A stretch of 64,000 bases of DNA, taken from an uncultured Acidimicrobiales bacterium (GTDB lineage Bacteria > Actinomycetota > Acidimicrobiia > Acidimicrobiales > CAWCAL01). The notes under the pieces were generated by a model. That model was not told the origin of the DNA, did not search any database, and was given only the letters and a program-made list of their open reading frames with translations. Positions 26,632-37,184 of the stretch are shown here, piece after piece. The stretch's first letter is position 1, and the number at the start of each line of letters is the position of its first letter. Where the stretch lies: positions 471,975 to 535,974 of the forward strand of contig CAVOFR010000008.1 of NCBI GenBank assembly GCA_963695075.1. The letters are read 5' to 3'. A program made the position numbers and the translations under genes.

Positions 26632-26675
26632 CCTCCACACCTTCCCCGGGCGACGGGGAGCTCGACATCGCGGCA

Positions 26676-27638
26676 ATGCACCGACTGGTGAAGCTCGATC
26701 CCCCGATGTTCAGGCGGGCCGACGTGGCCGACCTCGGTGGCGTGCCGAACGATCAGACGATCCGCTGGTGGCGCGCGATGGGCTTCCCCGAGGTGCCCGA
26801 CGACGAGCCCGCGTTCAGCAACCAGGACGTCGAGATGGTCCGCCAACTCAACTCCCTGCTCGTTGTGGGGCTGGTCGATCACGACGACATCCTGCGGCTG
26901 GCCCGCCTGATGGGCGCTTCGTTCTCCCGCCTGGCCGACGCGCAGATCGCCGTGATCGACGAGTTCCTCGCATCGATCCCCGGCGCCGATCCGACCGAGT
27001 CCCGGCGAACCCGGCTCGCCGCGATGGTGACGGACGCCGACACCGACGTCCTGGACTTCCTCGAGGATTCGATGAGCTACGTCTGGCGCCGGCACCTGCT
27101 CGCCGCACTGGGCCGGTGGCTGTCGGTCGATGACGACTCCGCCGAGCAGACCGTAGGGTTCGCCGACCTGTCCGGCTTCTCCCGGCTGGCCAAGAGGCTC
27201 AACGGTCCCGAGCTGACCGACACGATCGAGACCTTCGAGACGGTGGCGTTCGACGTCGTGTCGGCCCACGAGGGCCGGGTCGTGAAGCTCATCGGCGACG
27301 AGGTCATGTTCGTCACGCCGAGCATCGACGAGGCGGTTGCGATCAGCCTCGACATGATCACCCGACTCGAGCCCATCGACGCCGTGCCCGCCATCCACTG
27401 CGGGGTGGCCCACGGGCCGACCGTAACCGTGGGCGGCGACGTCTTCGGGCCGACGGTGAACCTCGCCAGCCGGCTGACCGAGGTCGCCCGCCCGGGGACC
27501 GTCGCCATCCCCCGTGGCAGCGACCACCATCTCGACGAACGCGATGATCTGGACGTGCGGCGTGTTCACAGGACCTTCGACCTGAAGGGCGTGGGGCGGA
27601 CCTCGATCCTGTCCATTAGACCCCGGAGCACCGACTGA
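26676..27638 (+). CDS. class III adenylate/guanylate cyclase with N-terminal MerR-like HTH region
   Basis: Cyclase core VGFADLSGFSRL...VKLIGDEVMFV...GPTVNLASRL. The N-terminus ADVADLGGVPNDQTIRWWRAMGFPEV...FSNQDVEMVRQL looks like a MerR-type helix-turn-helix. Confidence 0.85.
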   Translation: MHRLVKLDPPMFRRADVADLGGVPNDQTIRWWRAMGFPEVPDDEPAFSNQDVEMVRQLNSLLVVGLVDHDDILRLARLMGASFSRLADAQIAVIDEFLASIPGADPTESRRTRLAAMVTDADTDVLDFLEDSMSYVWRRHLLAALGRWLSVDDDSAEQTVGFADLSGFSRLAKRLNGPELTDTIETFETVAFDVVSAHEGRVVKLIGDEVMFVTPSIDEAVAISLDMITRLEPIDAVPAIHCGVAHGPTVTVGGDVFGPTVNLASRLTEVARPGTVAIPRGSDHHLDERDDLDVRRVHRTFDLKGVGRTSILSIRPRSTD

Positions 27639-27661
27639 GGCCGGGCCGGGCGGTCGTCCCC

Positions 27662-29038
27662 TCAGTCGATACCGGCAGGGTCGGTCAGCAAGCGGCGGAA
27701 CCAGACGGCGGAGTCCTTCTCCCTCCGGCGGAGGTCGTCGTCGTAGTCGACGTGGAGCAGACCGAAGCGAGGGCCGCGGCCCTGTACCCACTCGATGTTG
27801 TCGGCATAGGACCAGTAGAAGTAGCCGTCGACAGGGATGCCCTCTGCGATGGCCTCGCGCACCACCTCGAGGTGGGTTCGGATGTACCAGATGCGGAGGT
27901 CGTCCCGAATCCGGAGCTCGCCCCCACTCGGGTCGCCGCCGAGCCGGTCGTTCATCCCGAAACCGTTCTCGGTTATGACCATCCGGCGACAGGCGGGGTG
28001 GTCGCGGTATTGCCGCAGGATCTTGAGCAGCCCCTTCGGCTCCACCGGTAGGCCGACCGCTGATCGGACATTCGCCTCGGCTCCGCGTTCGACCATCGTG
28101 GGAATCGCTCCGAGGCCTGGAATCGGAGCCCGCTTCAGGGGGATCGGCCCGTAGTACTGCATGCCCATGAAGTCGTAGGCGAACGTCGCCGACTCGAGGT
28201 CACCGTCCTCGATGTAGCGCTCGAGTGGTCGGAGCAACGGGGCGTCCCCGAAGGGATAGCCGAGCCCACCGGGAGGATCCATGAAGATTCTGACGGTCAT
28301 GGCTTCGTAGGCTCGCTGCGCCCGGAGCATCCGGGGGTCGTCGGTCTCGAGCGGTGAGGCGGTGGTGACCACGTTCGCTGTGCCGATCTGAGCTTTGTCG
28401 CCCAGAACGGCACGCATCCGCCTGCCGGCTTCGGCACAGGCGAGGTTGATGTGATGGATGGTCTTGAGCGCCTCGATCGGGTGCGGACCGTAGCGGGTGT
28501 GAACGCCGGTGATCGTGTGCCCGAGCACCGAGGAGGGCTCGTTGAACACCATCCAGCGTCTGACCCGGTCGCCGTAACGACGGGCCAGCTCCTCGGCGAA
28601 GGCAGCGAAGTCCTCGACGATTCCCCGTCGCGCCCAGGCCCCCTCCTGCTGGAGCGCGAGTGGAAGGTCCCAGTGGTGGACGGTCACCCACGGCTCCAGG
28701 CCGAGGGCGAGGCCGGTGTCGATGACGCGGTCGTAGTAGTCGCCGCCGGCGGGATTCCAGGGGCCACGACCGTCGCCGAAGACGCGGGGCCAGCTGATCG
28801 AGAAGCGATTGGCCCGGAATCCCATGCCGGCGATCGTGTCGAGGTCGGATTCGTAGCGGTGGTAGGCATCGATGGCGGTGTCGCCCACCCGGCCACCCCG
28901 GATGCGCCCGCGCCTCCCCGCCTCGTCCCACACCGACGGTGCCTTGCCGTCGACGTCCCAGGCTCCCTCGATCTGAAAGGCCGCCGAGGCGACGCCCCAC
29001 GCGAAGTCCTCACCGAAGTCTGCTGCCCTCAAGGCCAC
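27662..29038 (-). CDS. GH1 beta-glucosidase
   Basis: FAWGVASAAFQIEGA, acid/base VFNEPSS, nucleophile ITENGFG. Confidence 0.95.
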   Translation of the reverse strand: MALRAADFGEDFAWGVASAAFQIEGAWDVDGKAPSVWDEAGRRGRIRGGRVGDTAIDAYHRYESDLDTIAGMGFRANRFSISWPRVFGDGRGPWNPAGGDYYDRVIDTGLALGLEPWVTVHHWDLPLALQQEGAWARRGIVEDFAAFAEELARRYGDRVRRWMVFNEPSSVLGHTITGVHTRYGPHPIEALKTIHHINLACAEAGRRMRAVLGDKAQIGTANVVTTASPLETDDPRMLRAQRAYEAMTVRIFMDPPGGLGYPFGDAPLLRPLERYIEDGDLESATFAYDFMGMQYYGPIPLKRAPIPGLGAIPTMVERGAEANVRSAVGLPVEPKGLLKILRQYRDHPACRRMVITENGFGMNDRLGGDPSGGELRIRDDLRIWYIRTHLEVVREAIAEGIPVDGYFYWSYADNIEWVQGRGPRFGLLHVDYDDDLRRREKDSAVWFRRLLTDPAGID

Positions 29039-29071
29039 TCGTTCGTCCTTTCCTCGTCTCGGCTGTCGCCG

Positions 29072-30601
29072 TCAGCCGGCTCCGACGTCCTGCCGGTAGC
29101 TCTCCAGCGCCGCGGTGATCGTCGCGTCGGCCTCGACCAGGGCGTCGTCGACCGAGCCGTCGTCGAGTAGCACCCGGTCCATGGCCTTCTCGATCGCCTG
29201 TCGCACCTCGTCGTACGGGCCGATGATCGGGCCGGGAAAGTCGGTGTCTATGCCGGCCAGGACGTCGTAGGCGACCTTCTGCCACTGGCCACCGAGGCTG
29301 GAGGCCCACGCCTCCTGGAGCAACGGATCATCCGCTGCGGCCTGGCTGACCGGGGCGGCAGAGCCCTCGACACCCCAGCGCACCTGGGCCTCCACCGAGT
29401 TGTTGAACTTCACGAAGTCCCACGCCGCGGCCTTCTCCTCGTCGGACACGGTGTCGGACATGTACCACACGTAACCACCGACCTGACCCTCTCCGGCAGC
29501 GTCGACCCCCGGGTAGGGGGCGACGGCCAGGTTGAGGTCGAGCTCGAGCCCCTCGGGGACATCGACGCCGAGCTCGGCCGAGAGGTCCTCGGCCGCGATG
29601 GTCCCCTCGATCACCCCGGCCACCGTCGACGACGCCGCGGAGGATTCGACCGTGAACGATGACTGCTGGCCCGCCATGGCCAGGAGATGATCGGCGTTGC
29701 CGTCGGTCCCGGGCGTGACGTCCAGGAGCCCCTCGGCCTTCGCCTCCCGGAGCTTCGTCAGGATGTCCCGGGTGACCGGATTGTCGAATCTCGACTCGGT
29801 CGCCCACGTCCCGCCTCGCCCGTTCTCCTCGTTCACCAGCTCCTGCGCCGCGCCCGAGATCCAGCCTTCCAGCAGGAACGAGTTGGCCTGGAACACCATC
29901 GGCCGGTCGACACCAGGAAGCTCGGCCGCCTTGATGACGCGGGCCGCCTCGATCATCTCGTCGATCGTTGCCGGAGGATCGTCGGGATCGAGACCCGCCG
30001 CCTCGAAGTGATCCCGGTTGAGGAAGATGAGCGCCCTGAACGTGGAGAATGAGACGGGCCAGAGCTCGTCGTCGATCGTGTACGACGCACGAGCGACCGG
30101 CAGCAGGTCATCGCGCGTGGCCTGGGACGAGGGATCGGCCGCATAACAGGCCTCGGCCGGCACGAAGAGGCCGCTGTCGACGATCCACCGGGTCTTGGTG
30201 TCATCGCCCACGGCCAACGCCGGCAACGACCGGTCCGGAGCCGCCTGCTCGATCTTGCGATGGATCTCCGCCGGCGAAATCCCCTGGCTCTCGGCCCGCA
30301 CGACCACCCTGTCCTGCGAAGCGTTGTACTCCTCGACCAGACCCTCGAGCGTCCGCTTCCCGAGCGCGACGTACGGATGCCAGATCGTGATCTCGACCGG
30401 ACCGTCGGCCTGCTCCAGCGCGTCCACCGGGCAGGCCGACGCGTCGACACCGTCACCATCGCCTGAGGTCTCGCCGGCGGTCTCCCCACCGCCGCCCGAG
30501 GCCGACTCGTCGGACCCGCCGCACGCGGCAGCGACGAGTGCGACCGCGAAGATCACCGCGATCATCCGCCGGAGCGCCGATGTTCCACTCGATCGTTCCA
30601 T
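29072..30601 (-). CDS. ABC transporter extracellular solute-binding lipoprotein, paralogue 1
   Basis: Lipobox LVAAAC|GG followed by a G/E/D-rich linker, about 470 aa SBP. Highly similar to the next gene. Confidence 0.85.
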   Translation of the reverse strand: MERSSGTSALRRMIAVIFAVALVAAACGGSDESASGGGGETAGETSGDGDGVDASACPVDALEQADGPVEITIWHPYVALGKRTLEGLVEEYNASQDRVVVRAESQGISPAEIHRKIEQAAPDRSLPALAVGDDTKTRWIVDSGLFVPAEACYAADPSSQATRDDLLPVARASYTIDDELWPVSFSTFRALIFLNRDHFEAAGLDPDDPPATIDEMIEAARVIKAAELPGVDRPMVFQANSFLLEGWISGAAQELVNEENGRGGTWATESRFDNPVTRDILTKLREAKAEGLLDVTPGTDGNADHLLAMAGQQSSFTVESSAASSTVAGVIEGTIAAEDLSAELGVDVPEGLELDLNLAVAPYPGVDAAGEGQVGGYVWYMSDTVSDEEKAAAWDFVKFNNSVEAQVRWGVEGSAAPVSQAAADDPLLQEAWASSLGGQWQKVAYDVLAGIDTDFPGPIIGPYDEVRQAIEKAMDRVLLDDGSVDDALVEADATITAALESYRQDVGAG

Positions 30602-30614
30602 GAGATCCTCCTGT

Positions 30615-30651
30615 TCAGCCCTTCACCGCGCCGGCGGTGAGACCGCGGATG
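30615..30651 (-). pseudogene. relic of the 3' end of the ABC permease gene, carried along by the SBP duplication
   Basis: TCAGCCCTTCACCGCgCCGGCgGTGAGACCGCGGATG matches 32214..32250 (the real permease 3' end, ...IRGLTAGAVKG*) at 35 of 37 positions. Confidence 0.6.
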
Positions 30652-30668
30652 CCGGGCGTCACGCGCCG

Positions 30669-32201
30669 TCAGCCGGCCCCGACGTCCTGCCGGTAGCTCT
30701 CCAGCGCCGCGGTGATCGTGGCGTCGGCCTCGGTCACGGCGTCGTCGACCGGGCCGTCGTCGAGCAGGACCCGGTCCATGGCCTTCTCGATCGCCTGCCG
30801 CACCTCGTCGTACGGGCCGATGATCGGGCCGGGAAAGTCGGTGTCTATGCCGGCCAGGACGTCGTAGGCGACCTTTTGCCACTGGCCACCGAGGCTGGAG
30901 GCCCACGCCTCCTGGAGCAACGGATCATCCGCTGCGGCCTGGCTGACCGGGGCGGCAGAGCCCTCGACACCCCAGCGCACCTGGGCCTCAACCGAGTTGT
31001 TGAACTTCACGAAGTCCCACGCCGCGGCCTTCTCCTCGTCGGACACGGTGTCGGACATGTACCACACGTAACCACCGACCTGACCCTTGCCCGCGGCTTC
31101 GACGCCGGGGTACGGGCCGGCATCGATGTCGAGATCGAGCTGGAGCCCCTCGGGGATGTCGACACCGAGCTCGGCGGAAAGGTCCTCGGCCGCGATGGTC
31201 CCCTCGATCACCCCGGCCACCGTCGACGCCGCGCCGGAGGAGTCGACCGTGAACGATGACTGCTGGCCCGCCATGGCCAGGAGATGATCGGCGTTGCCGT
31301 CGGTCCCGGGCGTGATGTCGAGGATGCCCTCGGCCTTCGCCTCCTGGAGCTTGGTCAGGATGTCACGGGTGACCGGATTGTCGAAGCTCGACGCCGAAGC
31401 CCAGGTGCCGCTGCGCCCGTTCTCCTCGTTCACCAGCTCCTGCCCCGCGCCGCTGAGCCACCACTCGAGCAGGAACGAGTTGGCCTGGAACACCATCGGC
31501 CGGTCGACCCCCGGTACTTCGGCCGCCTTGATGGCCCGGGCCGCCTCGATCATCTCGTCGATCGTTGCCGGAGGATCGTCCGGGTCTAGACCCGCCGCCT
31601 CGAAGTGGTCCCGATTGAGGAAGATGAGTGCGGTGAACGTGGTGAACGAGACGGGCAACAACATATCGTCGATCGTGTACGACGCCGGGACTATGGGCAG
31701 GAGGTCGTCGCGCTGGGCCTGGGCCGTAGGATCGGCGGCGTAGCAGGCCTCGGCCGGCACGAAGAGAGCACTGTCGGCGACCCACCGGGTCTTGGTGTCG
31801 TCGGGCACGACCAGGGCGGGCAACGACCGGTCCGGAGCGGCCTGCTCGATCTTGCGATGGACCTCAGCCGGTGTGGTCCCCTGGTTCTCGGCCCGCACGA
31901 CCACCTTGTCCTGCGAGGCGTTGTACTCCTCGATCAAGCCTTCGAGCGTCCGCTTCCCGAGCGCGATGTACGGATGCCAGATCGTGATCTCGACCGGACC
32001 GTCGGCCTGCTCCAGCGCGTCCACCGGACAGACCGACGGGTCGACACCGTCACCATCGCCTGACGTCTCGCCCTCGGTCCCCTCCCCCCCGTCGCCCGAT
32101 GCCGACTCGTCGGATCCGCCGCACGCGGCGGCAACCAACGCGACGGCGAAGATGACCGCGATCATCCGCCGAAGGGTCGCTGTTCCACTCGATCGTTTCA
32201 T
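30669..32201 (-). CDS. ABC transporter extracellular solute-binding lipoprotein, paralogue 2
   Basis: Same lipobox and architecture as 29072..30601, offset by exactly 1597 bp. Confidence 0.85.
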   Translation of the reverse strand: MKRSSGTATLRRMIAVIFAVALVAAACGGSDESASGDGGEGTEGETSGDGDGVDPSVCPVDALEQADGPVEITIWHPYIALGKRTLEGLIEEYNASQDKVVVRAENQGTTPAEVHRKIEQAAPDRSLPALVVPDDTKTRWVADSALFVPAEACYAADPTAQAQRDDLLPIVPASYTIDDMLLPVSFTTFTALIFLNRDHFEAAGLDPDDPPATIDEMIEAARAIKAAEVPGVDRPMVFQANSFLLEWWLSGAGQELVNEENGRSGTWASASSFDNPVTRDILTKLQEAKAEGILDITPGTDGNADHLLAMAGQQSSFTVDSSGAASTVAGVIEGTIAAEDLSAELGVDIPEGLQLDLDIDAGPYPGVEAAGKGQVGGYVWYMSDTVSDEEKAAAWDFVKFNNSVEAQVRWGVEGSAAPVSQAAADDPLLQEAWASSLGGQWQKVAYDVLAGIDTDFPGPIIGPYDEVRQAIEKAMDRVLLDDGPVDDAVTEADATITAALESYRQDVGAG

Positions 32202-32213
32202 GGGTTCTCCTTT

Positions 32214-33062
32214 TCAGCCCTTCACCGCTCCGGCCGTGAGACCGCGGATGATCTGTTTCTGGAATACGACGAGAAGCACCAGAATCGGTATCGAAGCGAT
32301 GATCGCGGCAGCGACACCGACGTTGAATCGCTCCGGGTTCTGCACGGTGATGCTACGCAACGTCACCTGAATGGTTTCCCAACTCTCCCGGGTGACCACC
32401 GCCCGTGGCCACAGGTACTGATTCCAGGCCGCGAGAGCGGTGATCAGCGTGAACGAACCGATGATGGGGCGATTGATCGGGATGGCGACGCGGCGCATGA
32501 AGGCGAAGTGACCGAATCCGTCGAGCCGGGCCGCGTCCCGGAGCTCTGACGGGATCCCGAGGAATCCCTGACGAATCAGGAAGATCCCGAACGCGGACGC
32601 AAGGAACGGCGCGCTGAGGCCCTGGACCGAGTCGAGCCACCCGAACTCCCGGATGGTTCGCACGTTGGCGACCAGCGTCACCTCGATCGGAAGCAGGAGG
32701 GTGGCGATCAGCACGACGAAAAGCAGGTTCTTGAACGGGTACTTCAGAAAGGCGAAAGAGTACGCGGCGAGAACCGATGTGACGAGTTGGGTGACGGTGA
32801 TCAACGCGGTCACGGCGAACGTCAGCATCAGCGATCGGCCGAGCTCGCCGTCGGCCCAGGCCGTCTCGAAGACCCCCCAGTCGACAGCGACAGGCAGGAG
32901 CGGTTGGCCCTTCTCGATGTAGACGAAGGGCTCGGAGATGGCCCGCACCAGCGTCACCCAGATTGGGAAGAGGATGATCAGGGACAGCCCGGTCAGGAGT
33001 AGGTACCAGCCGGCCCGGGCCGCGAGCGCGCGTCTGCGGACCGTGGGCGCCTCATTCGCCAT
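32214..33062 (-). CDS. carbohydrate ABC transporter permease (MalG/UgpE-like)
   Basis: Six TM helices; EAA loop DAARLDGFGHFAFMRRVAIP. Confidence 0.9.
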   Translation of the reverse strand: MANEAPTVRRRALAARAGWYLLLTGLSLIILFPIWVTLVRAISEPFVYIEKGQPLLPVAVDWGVFETAWADGELGRSLMLTFAVTALITVTQLVTSVLAAYSFAFLKYPFKNLLFVVLIATLLLPIEVTLVANVRTIREFGWLDSVQGLSAPFLASAFGIFLIRQGFLGIPSELRDAARLDGFGHFAFMRRVAIPINRPIIGSFTLITALAAWNQYLWPRAVVTRESWETIQVTLRSITVQNPERFNVGVAAAIIASIPILVLLVVFQKQIIRGLTAGAVKG

Positions 33063-33917
33063 AGTGCACCCGCCGGTTCAGGATGCTCAGCTGGAGGAAG
33101 GTCACGGCGAACGTGAGGCCGAACAGCCCGAGGGCCATCACCGCCCCCTCACTGATCAGACCCGGTTCCTGTCTTCGGAAGATCTTGAAGACGAGTGACT
33201 CGGTGCTGCCGGCCGGGCCTCCTGCCGTCAGGATCTCCATGGGGGCGAAGGCCTGGAAACCGAAGATCATCAGCACCACGACCAGGAACAGCAGGGTGGG
33301 CGAGATCAGCGGGAGCGTCACCTTGAAGAGGCGACGAATCGGTCCGAAACCGTCGAGTCGGGCCGCCTCCATGAGCTCCTCCGGCACCGCCTGTAGTCCG
33401 GCGAGCACGATCACGAAAGTGAGGCCGATGTTCTGCCAGATCGAGCTGAGCGACACGCCGAGCAGTGCACTGTCGGACTTGGACAGGTCGATGGCGCTCA
33501 CCTGGCCGAACCTGCCGATCTTGGGATTCACGAGACCGAAGAAGATCACGGCTGCCACCGCCACCGAGCTGGCCACGGTCGAGGCGAAGATTCCCTGGAA
33601 GATCTTGATACCGCGGAGCCGCCGGTGGGCGACCAGGGCCAGCAGCAACCCGAGGACGAGGCCGGCCGGCACCGTGTACAGGACATACCTGACGCTGATC
33701 CACAAGCCGTCCTGGAACTCGTCGCCCCCCAGGACCGACGTGATGTTCGACGGGCCGACGTAAACCTCACCGGTGCCGAAGCGGTTGGGTCGGTACAGCG
33801 CGAAGTGCACCAGCCGATATAGCGGGTAATAGGCGAACAACCCGAGGATCCCGAATGCGGGCAGGAGCAGCGCGTAGCCGAGCAGAGCCTCGCGCAGCGG
33901 CGACTGCCGGCGCCTCC

Positions 33918-33921
<4 letters not shown>
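33052..33921 (-). CDS. carbohydrate ABC transporter permease (MalF/UgpA-like)
   Basis: MRRRRQSPLREALLGYALLLPAFG...; EAA loop EAARLDGFGPIRRLFKVTLP. ATGA overlap with the ATPase stop. The rest of track ORF 33052..35385 is out of frame with that ATPase gene. Confidence 0.9.
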
Positions 33922-35021
<1,100 letters not shown>

Positions 35022-35128
35022 CGGTCCCCTTTCCGGGCCAGGAGCATAGTGGGCGGCGTTCATCGTGAAACCGATACGTCCCGCCGGTAGGGTCCGGGCC
35101 GGGCGGGCCGAATACAGCGGGAGCTCGG

Positions 35129-36250
35129 ATGCGGACCAGATACGCGATCATCGCCATGGGGGCGATCGTCCTGATCGCCGGGGCTTGTACGCCGCCTCCG
35201 ACCGGGCCGGCGTTCACCACGTCGACGGTCATCGACGGGCTCGAGCGCCCATGGGAGGTGGCGTTCACGCCGGACGGGACGATGCTCGTCACCGAGCGGC
35301 CGGGGAGAATCAGCGCGGTGGTGGGCGGGAGCGCAGTAGTGCTGGCCGAGCCGCCGGACGTCCGGGCGATCTCGGAGGGAGGCATGCTGGGCCTCGCCGT
35401 CGACCCCGACTACGCGACCAACCGCCGTATCTACGCGTGTTTCATCTCGAACGCGGGCGGAGCACTCGACGAGCGCGTGGTGCGATGGACGGTCGATCCG
35501 ACGGGCACGACGCTGACGAATCGGAACGACATCGTGACGGGAATCCCGCTCAACGAGGCCGGTCAGGCCGGTCGTCATTCGGGCTGTCGACTGCGCTTCG
35601 GCGCGGACGGAGCCCTGTGGATCACGACGGGTGACGCGGCTCGGGCCGACACGGCCCAGAATCCGGTGTCCCTCGGCGGCAAGGTACTCCGCGTCACCAC
35701 CGACGGTGGCCCCGCTCCCGGCAACCCCGGCGGGTCAGCAGACCCTCGCATCTTCACGTTGGGCCACCGGAACGTCCAAGGGCTCTCGTTCCGCCCCAGC
35801 GACGGTGCCGCTTTCTCCATCGAACACGGCACCAACTGCGACGACGAGGTGAACGTGCTCGCCTCCGGTGCCAACTACGGGTGGAACCCGGGTGCCGGCG
35901 GCTTCTACGACGAGTTCGCGCCCATGACCGACCTCGCAACCGTGCCCCAGGCCACAGCTGCGGTGTGGTCATCGGGTTGTCCGACCATCGCCACCTCCGG
36001 AGGGACCTTCGTCTCCGGAGCGCAGTGGGGCGTCTGGGAGGATGCTCTCGTCACCGCCGCGCTCAAGGGCTCGCAGTTGCGAGCGATCAGCTTCACCGCC
36101 GGCCCCACCCCCACCGTCGTGGAGGAGTGGACGGCCCTGACCGGCTTGGGACGCCTCCGCACGGTGACACAGGGACCTGACGGAGACCTCTATGTCGTGA
36201 CCGACTCGGCCAACGGTTCCATCCTCCGCCTCAGCCCAGTCGAGATCTGA
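35129..36250 (+). CDS. PQQ-dependent sugar (glucose/sorbosone) dehydrogenase lipoprotein
   Basis: Lipobox LIAGAC; beta-propeller motifs GLERPWEVAF, GMLGLAVDPDY, GHRNVQGL. Confidence 0.85.
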   Translation: MRTRYAIIAMGAIVLIAGACTPPPTGPAFTTSTVIDGLERPWEVAFTPDGTMLVTERPGRISAVVGGSAVVLAEPPDVRAISEGGMLGLAVDPDYATNRRIYACFISNAGGALDERVVRWTVDPTGTTLTNRNDIVTGIPLNEAGQAGRHSGCRLRFGADGALWITTGDAARADTAQNPVSLGGKVLRVTTDGGPAPGNPGGSADPRIFTLGHRNVQGLSFRPSDGAAFSIEHGTNCDDEVNVLASGANYGWNPGAGGFYDEFAPMTDLATVPQATAAVWSSGCPTIATSGGTFVSGAQWGVWEDALVTAALKGSQLRAISFTAGPTPTVVEEWTALTGLGRLRTVTQGPDGDLYVVTDSANGSILRLSPVEI

Positions 36251-36262
36251 CCCCCCCGGACG

Positions 36263-36309
36263 AACTTTGTGCGCTGGCTCGCATATGCGTACCGCCTGAG
36301 CACAAAGTT
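36263..36309. terminator. 10-bp stem hairpin between convergent genes
   Basis: AACTTTGTGC-(27 nt loop containing GCATATGC)-GCACAAAGTT, located between stops at 36250 and 36342. Unusually AT-rich for this window. Confidence 0.4.
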
Positions 36310-36341
36310 GGTCGGCAGCGTGGGGGCGGTCGGGCCCGCTG

Positions 36342-37160
36342 TCAGAGGTACTTGGCCAGGTCGACCTGGCCGGTGTTCATCGCGGCGGTGAAACCTCCGT
36401 CGATGATCAGGTTGGCGCCGTTGATGTAGCTGGCAGCCGTCGGGTGCGAGAGAAAGAGCATCGCCGGGGCCATCTCGTCGGGCCGGGCGGGACGACCGAG
36501 GCCGACGTCGACGGTCATGTCGAGCATCGGGTCACCCATGCCGCGCCGGAAATCGACCAGGATCTTGGTGTCGGTCACGCCCGGGCAGATCGCGTTCATC
36601 CTCACTCCCGACCGGATCGTCTGCGCCGATCGCCACATCGTGTAGTACTGGATGGCCTCCTTGGAGAGGAAGTAGCCGTCCCCCAGGATCTCCTCGTGCA
36701 CCTCGCACCAACCCTGACCTTCGGAGAAGTCGACCGTGCCGAGCAGCTCGGTGAGCTCGGCCACATGACCATCCCAACTGTTCCCGGCGATCGAAGCGAT
36801 GTTCGTCACCGAGCCGCCGGGGGGAATCCGATCGAGCAGCGCCTCGGTGAGGCATCGAAGGCCGAGGAAGTTCACCTGCATGACCTGGAGCGGCGTCCAG
36901 TTGGCGCCGTTCGGGATGCCGGCACAGTTCATCAGCACGTCGACGCGACCGGGGAGGCGGGCGGCGGTGGCCTCGATGGCGGCAGGATCCGAGAGGTCAC
37001 ACTCGTAGGTTCCGACCACGTCGAGCTCGATCGGGGCGACGTCGATCGCATGGATCTCCGCGCCGGCGGCCCGGAGCAGCCGGGCCGTCTCGTTGCCCAT
37101 CCCGGTCGCCGCTCCGGTGATGGCGACCGTGCTTCCTTCGAAGTCCAGGAGATCTGTCAT
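36342..37160 (-). CDS. SDR family oxidoreductase (3-alpha-hydroxysteroid/coniferyl-alcohol dehydrogenase-like)
   Basis: VAITGAATGMGNETA Rossmann motif; YFLSKEA (Y-x-x-x-K). Confidence 0.9.
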   Translation of the reverse strand: MTDLLDFEGSTVAITGAATGMGNETARLLRAAGAEIHAIDVAPIELDVVGTYECDLSDPAAIEATAARLPGRVDVLMNCAGIPNGANWTPLQVMQVNFLGLRCLTEALLDRIPPGGSVTNIASIAGNSWDGHVAELTELLGTVDFSEGQGWCEVHEEILGDGYFLSKEAIQYYTMWRSAQTIRSGVRMNAICPGVTDTKILVDFRRGMGDPMLDMTVDVGLGRPARPDEMAPAMLFLSHPTAASYINGANLIIDGGFTAAMNTGQVDLAKYL

Positions 37161-37184
37161 CTGCTCACCTTAGATTGACTCGCC

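Noticed and set aside
29040-32260. The 1.6-kb repeated block as a mobile element
   Set aside because: The repeat unit is just an SBP gene plus a few codons of the neighbouring permease gene. There is no transposase, no terminal inverted repeats and no target-site duplication, so it is a plain tandem gene duplication.
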